Shown: piece after piece, positions 38,316 to 48,017 of the stretch
How positions within the stretch are numbered: the stretch's first letter is position 1
Layout: every line of letters starts with the position of its first letter
IMG/VR virus record: IMGVR_UViG_3300050139_000117
Location: 1-58,317 of that record
Source of the DNA: a virus
Taxonomy: Duplodnaviria > Caudoviricetes
Reading direction: 5' to 3' (one strand)
Length of the DNA: 58,317 nucleotides
Made by a program: the position numbers and the translations under genes
Notes under the pieces: model-generated
What the model saw: the letters and a program-made list of their open reading frames with translations, nothing else
The model's database searches: none
What the model was told of the DNA's origin: nothing

Positions 38316-38499
38316 TGTTAAGTTTCTTTTTTAATGAATTTATCTTTTTTGTTATCTGTTTTAAACCAACATAATTATCACCAGCAGAACCACCAATCCC
38401 TTCAGTTATATTATAGTAATCAATTTTTAACGATTCTAAAACATTTATTTGAGCCGCTATCACGAAGTCAATTATATTATTTTCTTTTTTATTTTTCAT
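38308..38499 (-). CDS. Hypothetical protein
   Basis: 63-aa coupled ORF. Confidence 0.45.
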   Translation of the reverse strand: MKNKKENNIIDFVIAAQINVLESLKIDYYNITEGIGGSAGDNYVGLKQITKKINSLKKKLNND

Positions 38500-38514
38500 A
38501 AATTATTTAAGTAA

Positions 38515-38542
38515 GGTAATTATATACTTATTCATACAAATT
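38515..38542. mobile_element. Orphan IS1595-type terminal inverted repeat
   Basis: GGTAATTATATACTTATTCATACAAATT: first 18 nt identical to the left TIR at 24667; 25/28 to the right TIR. Confidence 0.75.
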
Positions 38543-38760
38543 TCTTTAGCCTCCACTGTTTCGCCTTTGGGAATTTCTTTTTATACATTGCTTTAACTCT
38601 TATTTTTACCAATTCTTGTATTTGGGCATCGTTCATCCATTTGTATTTTTCATCAAATCTCGTTTTGCATATAATATCTACCTCTTCATTTAAAAGAAAT
38701 GGATGCCCGTGATGAAATTCATATAACCAATTTTTAATTTTTGAATTCATATCTATAATT

Positions 38761-38952
38761 TTAACAATTCCAATGAATACCAATAGCATCTTTACCATCC
38801 CACCCAGTTTTGGATTCAACAGTAAGCTTATCTATCATCATTAATACATTATTTCCACCTTGCCAAAACACTGGGCCAAGCTCCATATCGCCAGCATTTG
38901 GATGTTGACGTTTAATTTCGGCTATTTCTTTTTCAAATTCGTTTAATGTCAT
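38761..38952 (-). CDS. Hypothetical protein
   Basis: 63-aa ORF. Confidence 0.45.
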   Translation of the reverse strand: MTLNEFEKEIAEIKRQHPNAGDMELGPVFWQGGNNVLMMIDKLTVESKTGWDGKDAIGIHWNC

Positions 38953-39006
38953 ATTGATACAGTGTTTTATTTTGTATAGATAATCGGAATTTTTCCGATT
39001 ATCATC

Positions 39007-39231
39007 TCATTTTGTAACGCAAATAGTTGCTTCTGGAAACATGAGCAAATCAACCATTGTAATTGCATACAATGCTTGTGTTACTTGATGGGAGAATTCT
39101 GGTGCACCGTCTTTTCTAATACCAGTATGACGCTTCTCAGCAAAATCCATTGCACGTAAAGCATTATAATACTTTCTACCTTGCAAGAATGCACGTAGAG
39201 CAATTTTCATTTTCTCGTAATCCTGTTTCAT
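39007..39231 (-). pseudogene. Truncated paralog of the HD hydrolase at 35076..35699
   Basis: MKQDYEKMKIALR...RKDGAPEFSHQV...ICVTK* stops just before the HD motif. Confidence 0.75.
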
Positions 39232-39267
39232 CTTGCAAAGGTACAAAAAAGATTTTAAATAAACAAA

Positions 39268-39594
39268 TTAATTTTTTGAAGGAACTTCTTGGGTGGTATT
39301 CCACGTAGCTTCAGAAATCATCACATCAATACCTTTCTTTTCAGTATTAATAGCTGTTGATTCTCTCAATATGTAAAGTGGCTCACCAATTATGGTCGCT
39401 ACCTCTTTTAAAATATTACCATCTTTGGTTAAATCTAAATCACCGAACCAAGCTTGGCCTTCTTTTGGGGTCACGATGCATGCGTTAAATACACAGACAC
39501 TTTTTGGGTTGTCTTCACGATATACGCTTTTAGACCAAGTGATTGCTCTACCAATGTAGAATCCTTTACTTTTTAATGTCTTTTGTAATTCCAT
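39268..39594 (-). CDS. Hypothetical phage protein
   Basis: SKSVY...VFNA...WFGDLDLT...LYILRE. Confidence 0.6.
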   Translation of the reverse strand: MELQKTLKSKGFYIGRAITWSKSVYREDNPKSVCVFNACIVTPKEGQAWFGDLDLTKDGNILKEVATIIGEPLYILRESTAINTEKKGIDVMISEATWNTTQEVPSKN

Positions 39595-39847
39595 GATGTT
39601 TTTGTTCTCTTTTAATTCCCCAATAAGTCCCTAAACTTCCACCTATTAGATAAGCAATTATTGGGATTACTTGTCCGTTTATCATTGAGTTCATACCTAT
39701 TGTCATCGACAATAACCAAGCAATCGCATTGGCATTATTAGACCATATTGAACCAAATAAATTTTGTTGTGTTGTGTAAAAAATATTAATTGTACGGAAA
39801 TATAACATTAATATCTGTGTGAAAATACCAATATTGCAGCGTACCAT
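39566..39847 (-). CDS. Small multi-TM membrane protein
   Basis: Hydrophobic segments, GGSLGTYWG. Confidence 0.5.
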   Translation of the reverse strand: MVRCNIGIFTQILMLYFRTINIFYTTQQNLFGSIWSNNANAIAWLLSMTIGMNSMINGQVIPIIAYLIGGSLGTYWGIKREQKHHGITKDIKK

Positions 39848-39881
39848 GGGTTGGTTAATAGCTCTTGAAACAATTTGAACA

Positions 39882-40142
39882 TTACCAGCTTATAGTATAA
39901 TAATCACGTTCTCGTTGGTCTCTATAATCACCTTCATAAAATTTTACCTTAAAGCCACGTTTTTCTAATTCTTTTCTATTAATATCTTCCAAAGACATTA
40001 CACTAATATTGAATGCGTTTTTACTAGCCGCTATTTTAATCTTATCCAAACACTCATGTAATTGTTTTAGTGCTATTTCACCCAATTGAGTCGAAGCAAT
40101 TTTATTTGCCCATGCTGCATTTATATCGTTATAGTTATCCAT
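39882..40142 (-). CDS. Hypothetical protein
   Basis: ELEKRGFKV...ISW ending. Confidence 0.55.
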   Translation of the reverse strand: MDNYNDINAAWANKIASTQLGEIALKQLHECLDKIKIAASKNAFNISVMSLEDINRKELEKRGFKVKFYEGDYRDQRERDYYTISW

Positions 40143-40474
40143 TATACTTTTCCTTTTAATACAAAATAATCTTGTCCATATCTATCGTGTGAATCAGCTA
40201 TTTCTTCTTTACATTCCCAACCAGCCTTTTCATATCTACTTATTAATTCAGCATACATAAGATTTCTTCTGACATCTGGCCAATCAGTACCTCTATCTTG
40301 AATAGTTCGTTTAAATTGAACAGGGTAAAGTCTGAAACGCATTTCATCTCCTTTAAAACGTTCTTTAATTTCATCATCAATCCATCGCTCAACAGCATCT
40401 ACTGCGGCTAATTCTTTGTCTGATAAAGGTGATAATTGTAACCTATCGTTTAACTCTTTAAATTTAACAGCCAT
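40142..40474 (-). CDS. Hypothetical protein
   Basis: Coupled ORF, YEKAGW motif. Confidence 0.55.
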   Translation of the reverse strand: MAVKFKELNDRLQLSPLSDKELAAVDAVERWIDDEIKERFKGDEMRFRLYPVQFKRTIQDRGTDWPDVRRNLMYAELISRYEKAGWECKEEIADSHDRYGQDYFVLKGKV

Positions 40475-40493
40475 AGTAGTGGTTTTTACAAAT

Positions 40494-40712
40494 TTACGAT
40501 TTTAATTCGGTACTTGCAAGTTTTTCTTTCTCTTTTATGTAATAAACATCAATTACTTTCATCAACGCATCTGCACTCTTATCAATTATATCAAGCATCT
40601 TGGTTTCTTCTTCTTTTGTTAAAGAACCCATTTGTAATAGGTTAACAGCCCCCTTCATGGCGGCTGTTTTACCCATCGTATCATGCATTAATTGTAATAA
40701 ATCGTTATTCAT
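40494..40712 (-). CDS. Stand-alone HisKA-like helical hairpin
   Basis: LMHDTMGKTAAMKGAVNLL...MLDIIDKSADALMKVID. Confidence 0.45.
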   Translation of the reverse strand: MNNDLLQLMHDTMGKTAAMKGAVNLLQMGSLTKEEETKMLDIIDKSADALMKVIDVYYIKEKEKLASTELKS

Positions 40713-41837
40713 TTAAAGGATTTTATATAACGCCTTGTCATCGTAGTTAAACATAAAATCTTCAACTGATTTAACCTTACCGTCAGCAAGACCAAAGTAT
40801 AACCCAGTAAAGTTTTTAACGTTGTGTTTTCCACATACTTCAAATACCGCTTGAGCAAACTTCTTCTTTTCTTCTGGCATAATGTTCTTTGGCTTTCTTA
40901 TTGCTAATTCATCCCACACCACGTTCAATTTAACAATTAACTTATCGTAGTTTTCCTTAAGCTTGTACAATTCTTCTTTACGTTCTGGGAACGTAGCACC
41001 AAATTCTTCAATCTCGTTGGATTTAACAATAGTTAATATGTTATGTTCAGCTGACTTACCCTTAAGGTGATGGACTGCAACATAAGCTGGGTTCTTTATT
41101 TTAACACGGTTAAATTTAGCATCTACTACAACATAACCTTCGTCATGCCATATCATGTTCTCAAATGTACGTAAGATTGCTCCAACGTCTTTAGCATTCA
41201 AGTCATATGACTTAACAACTGGCACACCAAGAGTAGCACCTATTTGTACCAGTTCTTCACGAGACACTTCTTCAAGTGTATCTAAGTTTCTAGCTGTCAA
41301 TAATGATGCTGATGATTCACCATGTGGTTTTACAACGATGTTATATGGTGTTGTTAACTCAAATACAAAACAATATCTTTTAGACATTTGGTCTGTATTC
41401 AAATTGTACTTTTCTTTAACAGTATTCCAAAATAAGTCATTAAATGTAGTACCCAATTTGTTGTTTACTTCACCTTCACCCTCAGCTGTACCAGTAGTAC
41501 CAGCAAACCAAGTGTTCTTATAATGGTCCCAATACACTTGCATACAAGAGCCATCTAACTTCTCAAGTATGTGTGCTGTGTTCCAGTCAATTTTATGAGC
41601 ATTTCCTTCTTCAGAGTTGAAGAACTTCCTAAATGCCAATGACATAACCTTAAAATCCTTACGGTCAAGTATTATACCACGGCAGTCTTGCATTTCTTGC
41701 AAAGCCATAAGAGTTGGAGAGACCAATTGGTCATACTTCAAAAGGATTTTATTCTCATAGACTCTAGTTTTTAACTTAAAGTCATTGATTGCCTTTTCGA
41801 TACCGTGTTCTAAGATGTATTTTTGTATTGCTAACAT
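40713..41837 (-). CDS. RNA ligase, T4 Rnl1-like
   Basis: CRGIIL, FRKFFN, EKLDGS, FEL..PYN.VV, EGYVV, RVKIK. Confidence 0.88.
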   Translation of the reverse strand: MLAIQKYILEHGIEKAINDFKLKTRVYENKILLKYDQLVSPTLMALQEMQDCRGIILDRKDFKVMSLAFRKFFNSEEGNAHKIDWNTAHILEKLDGSCMQVYWDHYKNTWFAGTTGTAEGEGEVNNKLGTTFNDLFWNTVKEKYNLNTDQMSKRYCFVFELTTPYNIVVKPHGESSASLLTARNLDTLEEVSREELVQIGATLGVPVVKSYDLNAKDVGAILRTFENMIWHDEGYVVVDAKFNRVKIKNPAYVAVHHLKGKSAEHNILTIVKSNEIEEFGATFPERKEELYKLKENYDKLIVKLNVVWDELAIRKPKNIMPEEKKKFAQAVFEVCGKHNVKNFTGLYFGLADGKVKSVEDFMFNYDDKALYKIL

Positions 41838-41897
41838 AAGAAGTCTAATTAAGCTACAAAGGTAGTGAATATTATCCGAACTTCCAAATTTATTACA

Positions 41898-42104
41898 CTA
41901 ATTTTTTGAAAATTTTGAACTATCTTTTTGCCCTGTCTTTCGACCCTCAGAAAAACCATGATTATGAATTTTTTCTATGGTAGTCATAAAATCATCATGT
42001 AATACCCATATTTTAAAAAAAAATAATTCATATGAAACACTATGTTTCCCTACATTTTTTTTAAACTTATTTGTTTTCTTGAATTCAAAAACTACAGTTG
42101 TCAT
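41898..42104 (-). CDS. Hypothetical protein
   Basis: 68-aa ORF. Confidence 0.4.
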   Translation of the reverse strand: MTTVVFEFKKTNKFKKNVGKHSVSYELFFFKIWVLHDDFMTTIEKIHNHGFSEGRKTGQKDSSKFSKN

Positions 42105-42105
42105 A

Positions 42106-42600
42106 TTATTTACTCACCCTCTTCATTACACTACCATCATTGAAATAGTAAATCTTTATTCCTTCTGATTCTTCAGATACTTCTTGGCCTAATACATTGG
42201 TGATTTTAATCACCTTGATATTTGAATTATTTCTAGTAACTGCTATGATATTAAACATCTTGGTGTTTCCATTCATATCAGTTTGTTTCAATCTATAGTA
42301 TGATAATCCATCATATGGTTTTATATCAACCAATGAATATGTAGTCTTAATTGTAGTGGTTCCACCACCACTGGTGGTACCGCCAGTACATGGAGCATTA
42401 ACAACCAATACAGTTGCATTAGCACAGTTATCATTAACTGGAGCTGCTAACACACTAGGAAGTTGTTTTTCTAATTGGACAATCAACTGATTTTTTGTTT
42501 CATATGATTGATTTAACAGTATATTAGTAGTTCTCACAGTATCTTGACTGTAACTATTAACCATTACCAAATAAAGTAGTAAAAATAGCACCTTTTTCAT
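42106..42600 (-). CDS. Secreted Bacteroidota-type protein with T9SS-like C-terminus, apparently internally shortened
   Basis: Signal peptide, PVNDNCANA, SYYRLKQTDMNG, ITNVLGQEV. Confidence 0.55.
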   Translation of the reverse strand: MKKVLFLLLYLVMVNSYSQDTVRTTNILLNQSYETKNQLIVQLEKQLPSVLAAPVNDNCANATVLVVNAPCTGGTTSGGGTTTIKTTYSLVDIKPYDGLSYYRLKQTDMNGNTKMFNIIAVTRNNSNIKVIKITNVLGQEVSEESEGIKIYYFNDGSVMKRVSK

Positions 42601-42693
42601 TGTATTCTTGTTTATAATAAATATCCCGTATAAAGTCAATTATACGGGATTATTTATAGATTTGTTTCACTGTGTAAAGACAAACGAGTGTTC

Positions 42694-43314
42694 TTATATC
42701 ACCACTGTACACATCACGCAAATCGGGATTTTAACATTATTTTTTCTGTCGCTGGGTCTTGTTTGTTTACCCCTATCGGCTTCTGCCAATCTCTTTATTT
42801 CATGTATTTCTCGATGACAATTTGAACAAACAAGTATACATTTATCTAATTCTTCTGTTATTTTTTTAGTAAATTTATAACCTTTAACATCAGATATACT
42901 AAAATCTTTTTGTGTTGGGTCTAAATGATGAAACTCTAATGCTCCAATGTATTTATTATACCCACAACCTTCAACTTGACATTTACCGCCTTTATATTCA
43001 ACACATAATCCTTTAAATAATCTTTGTCTTTCAGTTGTTTGTTCACTAGTACATATTTTACAATAAACCGAACCACCTTCTTTTCCTCGTCTTTGATAAA
43101 ACTCACTTATAGGTTTATCATTTTTACATCTAATACAACACCTACTATCACCATATTCAACAACGCCTTTATCTTTAAAAGATAAATTATTTGTTTTCAG
43201 TTTATACTTATCTAACCAATACCTAACTGTTGTTTTTCCTTTACCAACTTGTTTGCTAATATCACCTAGTGATAAACCAGATTTAACATATTCAACTAAT
43301 ATTTCTTTTTCCAT
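42694..43314 (-). CDS. HNH endonuclease with HTH and Zn-finger
   Basis: ALEFHHLDP..KDF...KCILVCSNCHREIH. Confidence 0.85.
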   Translation of the reverse strand: MEKEILVEYVKSGLSLGDISKQVGKGKTTVRYWLDKYKLKTNNLSFKDKGVVEYGDSRCCIRCKNDKPISEFYQRRGKEGGSVYCKICTSEQTTERQRLFKGLCVEYKGGKCQVEGCGYNKYIGALEFHHLDPTQKDFSISDVKGYKFTKKITEELDKCILVCSNCHREIHEIKRLAEADRGKQTRPSDRKNNVKIPICVMCTVVI

Positions 43315-43364
43315 ATTAATAAATATCTAGAACAATGGAAAAGTTCAAAATATTATCCCCTTTG

Positions 43365-43436
43365 TGGCTCCACCAAGAATCGAACTTGGAATAAAAGTTT
43401 AGAAAACTTTTGGTATATCCGTTTACCTATGGAACC
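43365..43436 (-). tRNA. tRNA-Arg(TCT)
   Basis: AAAGT TT-TCT-AA ACTTT; CCAAG-TTCGATT-CTTGG. Confidence 0.88.
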
Positions 43437-43584
43437 ATTTTCCCATATCTACTACCTTGCAAGATTAATAGACTCCAATGTAGGGATGACACCTTTTACA
43501 ACCAGCCTTAACGTCTCTGATAGTGACGGACAGATTTATTTGTGGCAACCACCTCCAGAGCATCTGCAAATCTGGCCCAGTTTC

Positions 43585-43917
43585 TTATTCAATTGGAGAA
43601 TGACCGTTGTCTTCTCTCAATTTATTAATTCGTTTTATGAAATCTTCATAAGTTTCTTTTTCACTTTTTTGTCGTAAATAATCCATATATTCATGGTGAT
43701 TATTTTCCATATTATCCAAAATAATCTTAGAAGCAAATAATCCACACATTTGTCCAAACAAAAGCAGATTAGGTTCATCCAATAACAAACTTCCAATGGT
43801 AATTAAATTGGTTCCAGATTGAGCGATAGCGAAATCACGATTTTCTTTACCCTCTTTAATAAGGGCTCTTCCCATCTCCATCAATTTTGAACTTAATTCT
43901 AAATGTCTATCTTTCAT
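43585..43917 (-). CDS. Hypothetical protein
   Basis: 110-aa ORF after a TATCTTTG promoter. Confidence 0.55.
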   Translation of the reverse strand: MKDRHLELSSKLMEMGRALIKEGKENRDFAIAQSGTNLITIGSLLLDEPNLLLFGQMCGLFASKIILDNMENNHHEYMDYLRQKSEKETYEDFIKRINKLREDNGHSPIE

Positions 43918-43929
43918 TATACAAAGATA

Positions 43930-44424
43930 CTAAATAAAATTATATATTCCAACTGTTACCATCTCTTTTCTTAAATCCATCCAAATGTTACCTAATACAT
44001 TTCTGCCAACCCATTCACCATCAACCAACATAGCACCCCAAAATAAGTTGCTACCCTTATCACCTCTATTGGTTACATCCTCAATAATTATAGCATTTCC
44101 AGTAGACAATAATTCGACACCAAGCGTTGGATGTTGTTCTACTTTAAGTTTTACACACATACGCATATTGGCAACATCCTTTTCAGAAAGCTGTTCTATT
44201 GTCATTTGCGCTATTCTAGACTTTGCAGCTAGCTTTGCACCCATCGGAGACTTTTCTTCTCTTATAATAGCTTTAATATCGTTATCAGAGAATCTAAGTG
44301 CTTGAAATAGTGCTTCAGTTGTTTTATATGTATCTTCACCAAATTTTATAGGGTATGGACTCATGTTACCCATCCAACCAAAAGGTAGTTTAGTCTTTGT
44401 AAACGCTATTGTTTGAATTGACAT
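43930..44424 (-). CDS. NADAR (YbiA-like) family protein
   Basis: MGNMSPYPI...TTEALFQA.RF...K.EQH...LLSTG...FWG...GRNVLG.IWM.LR. Confidence 0.88.
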   Translation of the reverse strand: MSIQTIAFTKTKLPFGWMGNMSPYPIKFGEDTYKTTEALFQALRFSDNDIKAIIREEKSPMGAKLAAKSRIAQMTIEQLSEKDVANMRMCVKLKVEQHPTLGVELLSTGNAIIIEDVTNRGDKGSNLFWGAMLVDGEWVGRNVLGNIWMDLRKEMVTVGIYNFI

Positions 44425-44504
44425 ACTCCGTAAATTTTTTGTTCTTTATAAATCCACATTTTTTTAAAATGGTTTCTATTTCTTCAAGGCCAGTAATTTC
44501 TTCA

Positions 44505-45101
44505 TTATTTTTTTTTTGAGATTAAGAACAATTCTTCTTTAGCCCCAATAACATCATGAAATACAACCCTGTTATTTTCACTTATATAATACAAATCGTC
44601 TAAAGCTTCACCCTTTAAAACTAATTGTTTTCGTTTATTTTGTTTCCAATATGCTTCAGATGTAAAATGAATAAAATTATTATTATCTATTGCATAAAGA
44701 TATTTATTTTTTGGTAATTCAGCTAACAAATAGTAAACTCCCATACTCTCTAATGATTCTGAAACCAATTGATTGTATTTACCGAAGCTACCACTAATCA
44801 AAACATCAAATGGAACCCATTTAACAACATGTGGTTCATTATGATTTATCTCACCTTCGTAATCAGCCATATAAGTATAACCCATATTTCCCGATTTGTG
44901 AATAGCAAACACCAACTTTAAATTACTGATTCTTAAACCAGTTTCTTCAAGTGTTTCACGAATAGCTGTTGTGATTGGATTTTCATTATCCTCTGGGTCC
45001 ATCTTCCCACCAGGCAAACCAAAATCATTATGGTCAGTTTTCCTAGATACACCTAATACGTACCCTTCTTTATTTATTAGAACTACTTGTGCCGTTATCA
45101 T
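44505..45101 (-). CDS. NUDIX hydrolase
   Basis: GLPGGKMD...TAIRETLEETG Nudix box. Confidence 0.9.
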   Translation of the reverse strand: MITAQVVLINKEGYVLGVSRKTDHNDFGLPGGKMDPEDNENPITTAIRETLEETGLRISNLKLVFAIHKSGNMGYTYMADYEGEINHNEPHVVKWVPFDVLISGSFGKYNQLVSESLESMGVYYLLAELPKNKYLYAIDNNNFIHFTSEAYWKQNKRKQLVLKGEALDDLYYISENNRVVFHDVIGAKEELFLISKKK

Positions 45102-45520
45102 ACCGATTCTAATATTTTTTTGTCTTTCAACGATAATGAGTCAATACCTTTTTCATTAATCTTATCCAACACAATATTGAGTGTTAAATTATCGTTTACA
45201 AAATGACTAATAAATTTTCGTAAATCATCGTGTTTGTTAACATCAGATATTGTTGGGTGAGTCCCAAACAAAACAGACTTGGTGATATCTTCAATTGTAA
45301 AAGTAACACCTATTTTGGTATACTCAGATTTTAACGTTTCAAGTGTCTTTTCATCAACATTAGCAAACATTCCTACATGGTTGTTTACCAATAAATATTC
45401 TAAATGTTCAAAACTGCGATAAAGACTCTTAAGTGATTCAATTCTAGCATTATCCAATACCTTTATCATAGACTCTAAAGCCTTTGATGTGTGTTGAGTT
45501 TTAATATTAATTAATATCAT
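45098..45520 (-). CDS. Hypothetical protein
   Basis: C-terminal LDKINEKGIDSLS..DK.IL motif. Confidence 0.55.
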   Translation of the reverse strand: MILINIKTQHTSKALESMIKVLDNARIESLKSLYRSFEHLEYLLVNNHVGMFANVDEKTLETLKSEYTKIGVTFTIEDITKSVLFGTHPTISDVNKHDDLRKFISHFVNDNLTLNIVLDKINEKGIDSLSLKDKKILESV

Positions 45521-45576
45521 ATGCTAGTGACCCTTATGAAACACAAAGGTACGCATAATTTTCGAAATAACCAAAT

Positions 45577-46014
45577 TTATTCGCTAAACCCACCAGCTTT
45601 ACCAGTAGCAAATTTGTTACCTTGTTCAAACTGAACATATAACTTACCACCTTTGATAACAAAGCTAAAAGCACCATCTTTGGCACCCATTTCTTTGCTT
45701 CTTTCAACTGCACTGTTGATGGCATTTTGTCTTGCCTTGGCAACTTCACCTTGATACAATTGTACATTAAGGTTAGGATTCTTAGCTTTTTGACCTTCAA
45801 TCCAAGCATTAGCAGCTGTATCGAATTTTGTCGTAATATCTTGAATTCTAGCTTGTTTTTCTTTTTCAGACCACCCAAAAATTTCAGAAACTTCTTCAGC
45901 TTCATCAAGTCTTTTAATCTTGTTATAGGTAGAAGCAAAGCTTTCCATGATAGCTTTTTCTTTTTGAGAAATGATGTTTTGTCTCTCTTTTTCGGTAATT
46001 ATCACTTTTTTCAT
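45577..46014 (-). CDS. Hypothetical, possibly virion-packaged protein
   Basis: MKKVIITE start; ATATTTAT motif upstream. Confidence 0.6.
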   Translation of the reverse strand: MKKVIITEKERQNIISQKEKAIMESFASTYNKIKRLDEAEEVSEIFGWSEKEKQARIQDITTKFDTAANAWIEGQKAKNPNLNVQLYQGEVAKARQNAINSAVERSKEMGAKDGAFSFVIKGGKLYVQFEQGNKFATGKAGGFSE

Positions 46015-46056
46015 AATCTAGGGTTTTTATAATAAATATCCCTATTTTACCAAAAA

Positions 46057-46857
46057 TTATGCTTTATTTACGAAATTACTAACCGATTCAATCATTTTTT
46101 TGACATCTGAATGATATAAACCAACTGAGTTTAAACAACCACACTCTATTATGTAATAATCACCACCACATAATGCAATGTCCATAGCGAACATTTTATG
46201 GGGCATATATTCTATACATCTACTTTCCACAAATGTAATCATATCTTTTGGGATATCATTACCATCTTTCTTTAACCTAAAATTTTCACGATATAAACTA
46301 CTAGTAACAACTTTTCCATCCACTATATAGTTTCGCCATTCTTTATCTATTTTATATGGAGTGCTTACGATGATTTTTGTATCTTCAGTAAGAATAACAT
46401 TATCTGCTTTCATAGCACCATTGATAAAATTTTTCATCTCAGCAAATGTTCTAACATCCCCAACAAAACTTTTATCATCAGCATCTGGTCTAGTGAAAAA
46501 AAGTGTATCATCTGGATGATTCTCTTTTACAAAATCTCTAAATGTAGTTATTTTAGCTTCAGAATTAAGCATGTGATTTCCCCAAGCTTTAATATAGTTT
46601 TCAATTGAAAACTTTTCTTCATCAAAAAATAAACCCATGGGTTTATTTAATTGGTGATAAATATTATACATAAGTGTTGTTGCACCATAGTAAATGTTTA
46701 TCTTATCATCTTTGGTAAATTCTGGAATATCTGGAGAAAAAGGAATTACTTTAATACCTTCATATTCAATACCTAATTCTTCACAAGCTTTAGCCATTTT
46801 ATGAAAATCACCACCTTCAGCTGAAAGATTATTTTGTATTATCCAACGCACCATCAT
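46057..46857 (-). CDS. ATP-grasp protein (R2K/DUF4343-like)
   Basis: FTRP..DDKSF.G, EWRNYIVDGKVV..S.Y, MDIA, IIECGCLNSVGLY. Confidence 0.75.
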   Translation of the reverse strand: MMVRWIIQNNLSAEGGDFHKMAKACEELGIEYEGIKVIPFSPDIPEFTKDDKINIYYGATTLMYNIYHQLNKPMGLFFDEEKFSIENYIKAWGNHMLNSEAKITTFRDFVKENHPDDTLFFTRPDADDKSFVGDVRTFAEMKNFINGAMKADNVILTEDTKIIVSTPYKIDKEWRNYIVDGKVVTSSLYRENFRLKKDGNDIPKDMITFVESRCIEYMPHKMFAMDIALCGGDYYIIECGCLNSVGLYHSDVKKMIESVSNFVNKA

Positions 46858-47018
46858 AAGGTATTATTTTAAGGGTTTTATCAATGTAAATTTCATTGAA
46901 ATTCAATATTTCGGTAAAATGAAATATTTCTGTTTTTCTTTCAATCATATGAAAAAAAGAAATCTTAAAGAGCTTCCCCTCGTTCCACAGAATTTCTGCA
47001 TCAACAAGTCCCCACCCT

Positions 47019-47981
47019 TTAAGATTTAACTGTGGCTGATTGTTCATCTTTCTTTTTATATCTACTTACTTCCGTAACAATACCTTTCACAATAAAGTGT
47101 TTAACGTCTTGCCACTTCGTTATTTCATTGCTCATCTTTGGCATACCACCATCTGGATTAACAGCTAGTGTAATATGTGGGATAGCATTTTTTGATTTGT
47201 ATCCTTCTACTTTAAAAGCCATAGCCATATCAGATAGACCAACATGTGTTACCGTAAGAGTAACCTCTTTACCAATATCTGACTTATCCTTAAGTGGACC
47301 AAGACAAATAGTCATATGGTCACAAAACTCTTTACCTTCTCGACCCATAATCCAATTCTTTGGTGGGTCCATATTGTAATTAATTGGGGTAAGCAACTTG
47401 TTCAAAGATGCTCGGTCCAACATAACAGCTGAGTATAAGATTGGAGAGATTTTAAACATGTCTTTAGCTTCAAGTATTTTTTTAAGTGTTAATTCACCAA
47501 CTGACTTATGAGATTGTATCATTGCTTCAATCTTATCCAATGGTACACCGTGTGTGTTTCTAGCAGACAATGCTTCCGCATCCAATCCACCAGTGCCAAC
47601 ATCAACAATTTGGATGTTAGCATCATCATATCCCATATTCAAAGCTTCAACAACAAACTTTTTAGGTTCGTTTGCCTTGATATTTGTGTTGTCGATAATG
47701 ATTGGTGATATACCAGCCTTCATTGACTTCTTTGCGTTTTTAAAGTTTGTGTCATGAGCCTTATGCAATGCAGAGTAATCCTTAGATTCAATCATTGCAG
47801 TAAAAAATGCTCGGTAGTCACCTATTGATTCAATAACAGCATCAGTAGAGTGGATGATACCATCACCAACAAGAGACTTGGCTTTTGTTGACTTGCCAGA
47901 GCCTGGTATTCCACGCATTATGATTAATTCTTGGTTTGGTTTTGTAACCACTTTACCTAATATGTTCAACTTTTCATTCAT
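47019..47981 (-). CDS. Polynucleotide kinase (P-loop) fused to 2H cyclic phosphodiesterase
   Basis: MRGIPGSGKST, IIDNTN, RNTHGVP; HMTI and HITL motifs. Confidence 0.85.
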   Translation of the reverse strand: MNEKLNILGKVVTKPNQELIIMRGIPGSGKSTKAKSLVGDGIIHSTDAVIESIGDYRAFFTAMIESKDYSALHKAHDTNFKNAKKSMKAGISPIIIDNTNIKANEPKKFVVEALNMGYDDANIQIVDVGTGGLDAEALSARNTHGVPLDKIEAMIQSHKSVGELTLKKILEAKDMFKISPILYSAVMLDRASLNKLLTPINYNMDPPKNWIMGREGKEFCDHMTICLGPLKDKSDIGKEVTLTVTHVGLSDMAMAFKVEGYKSKNAIPHITLAVNPDGGMPKMSNEITKWQDVKHFIVKGIVTEVSRYKKKDEQSATVKS

Positions 47982-48017
47982 AAAGCAAAGGTACGAATTA
48001 AATCTGAGATTACCAAA

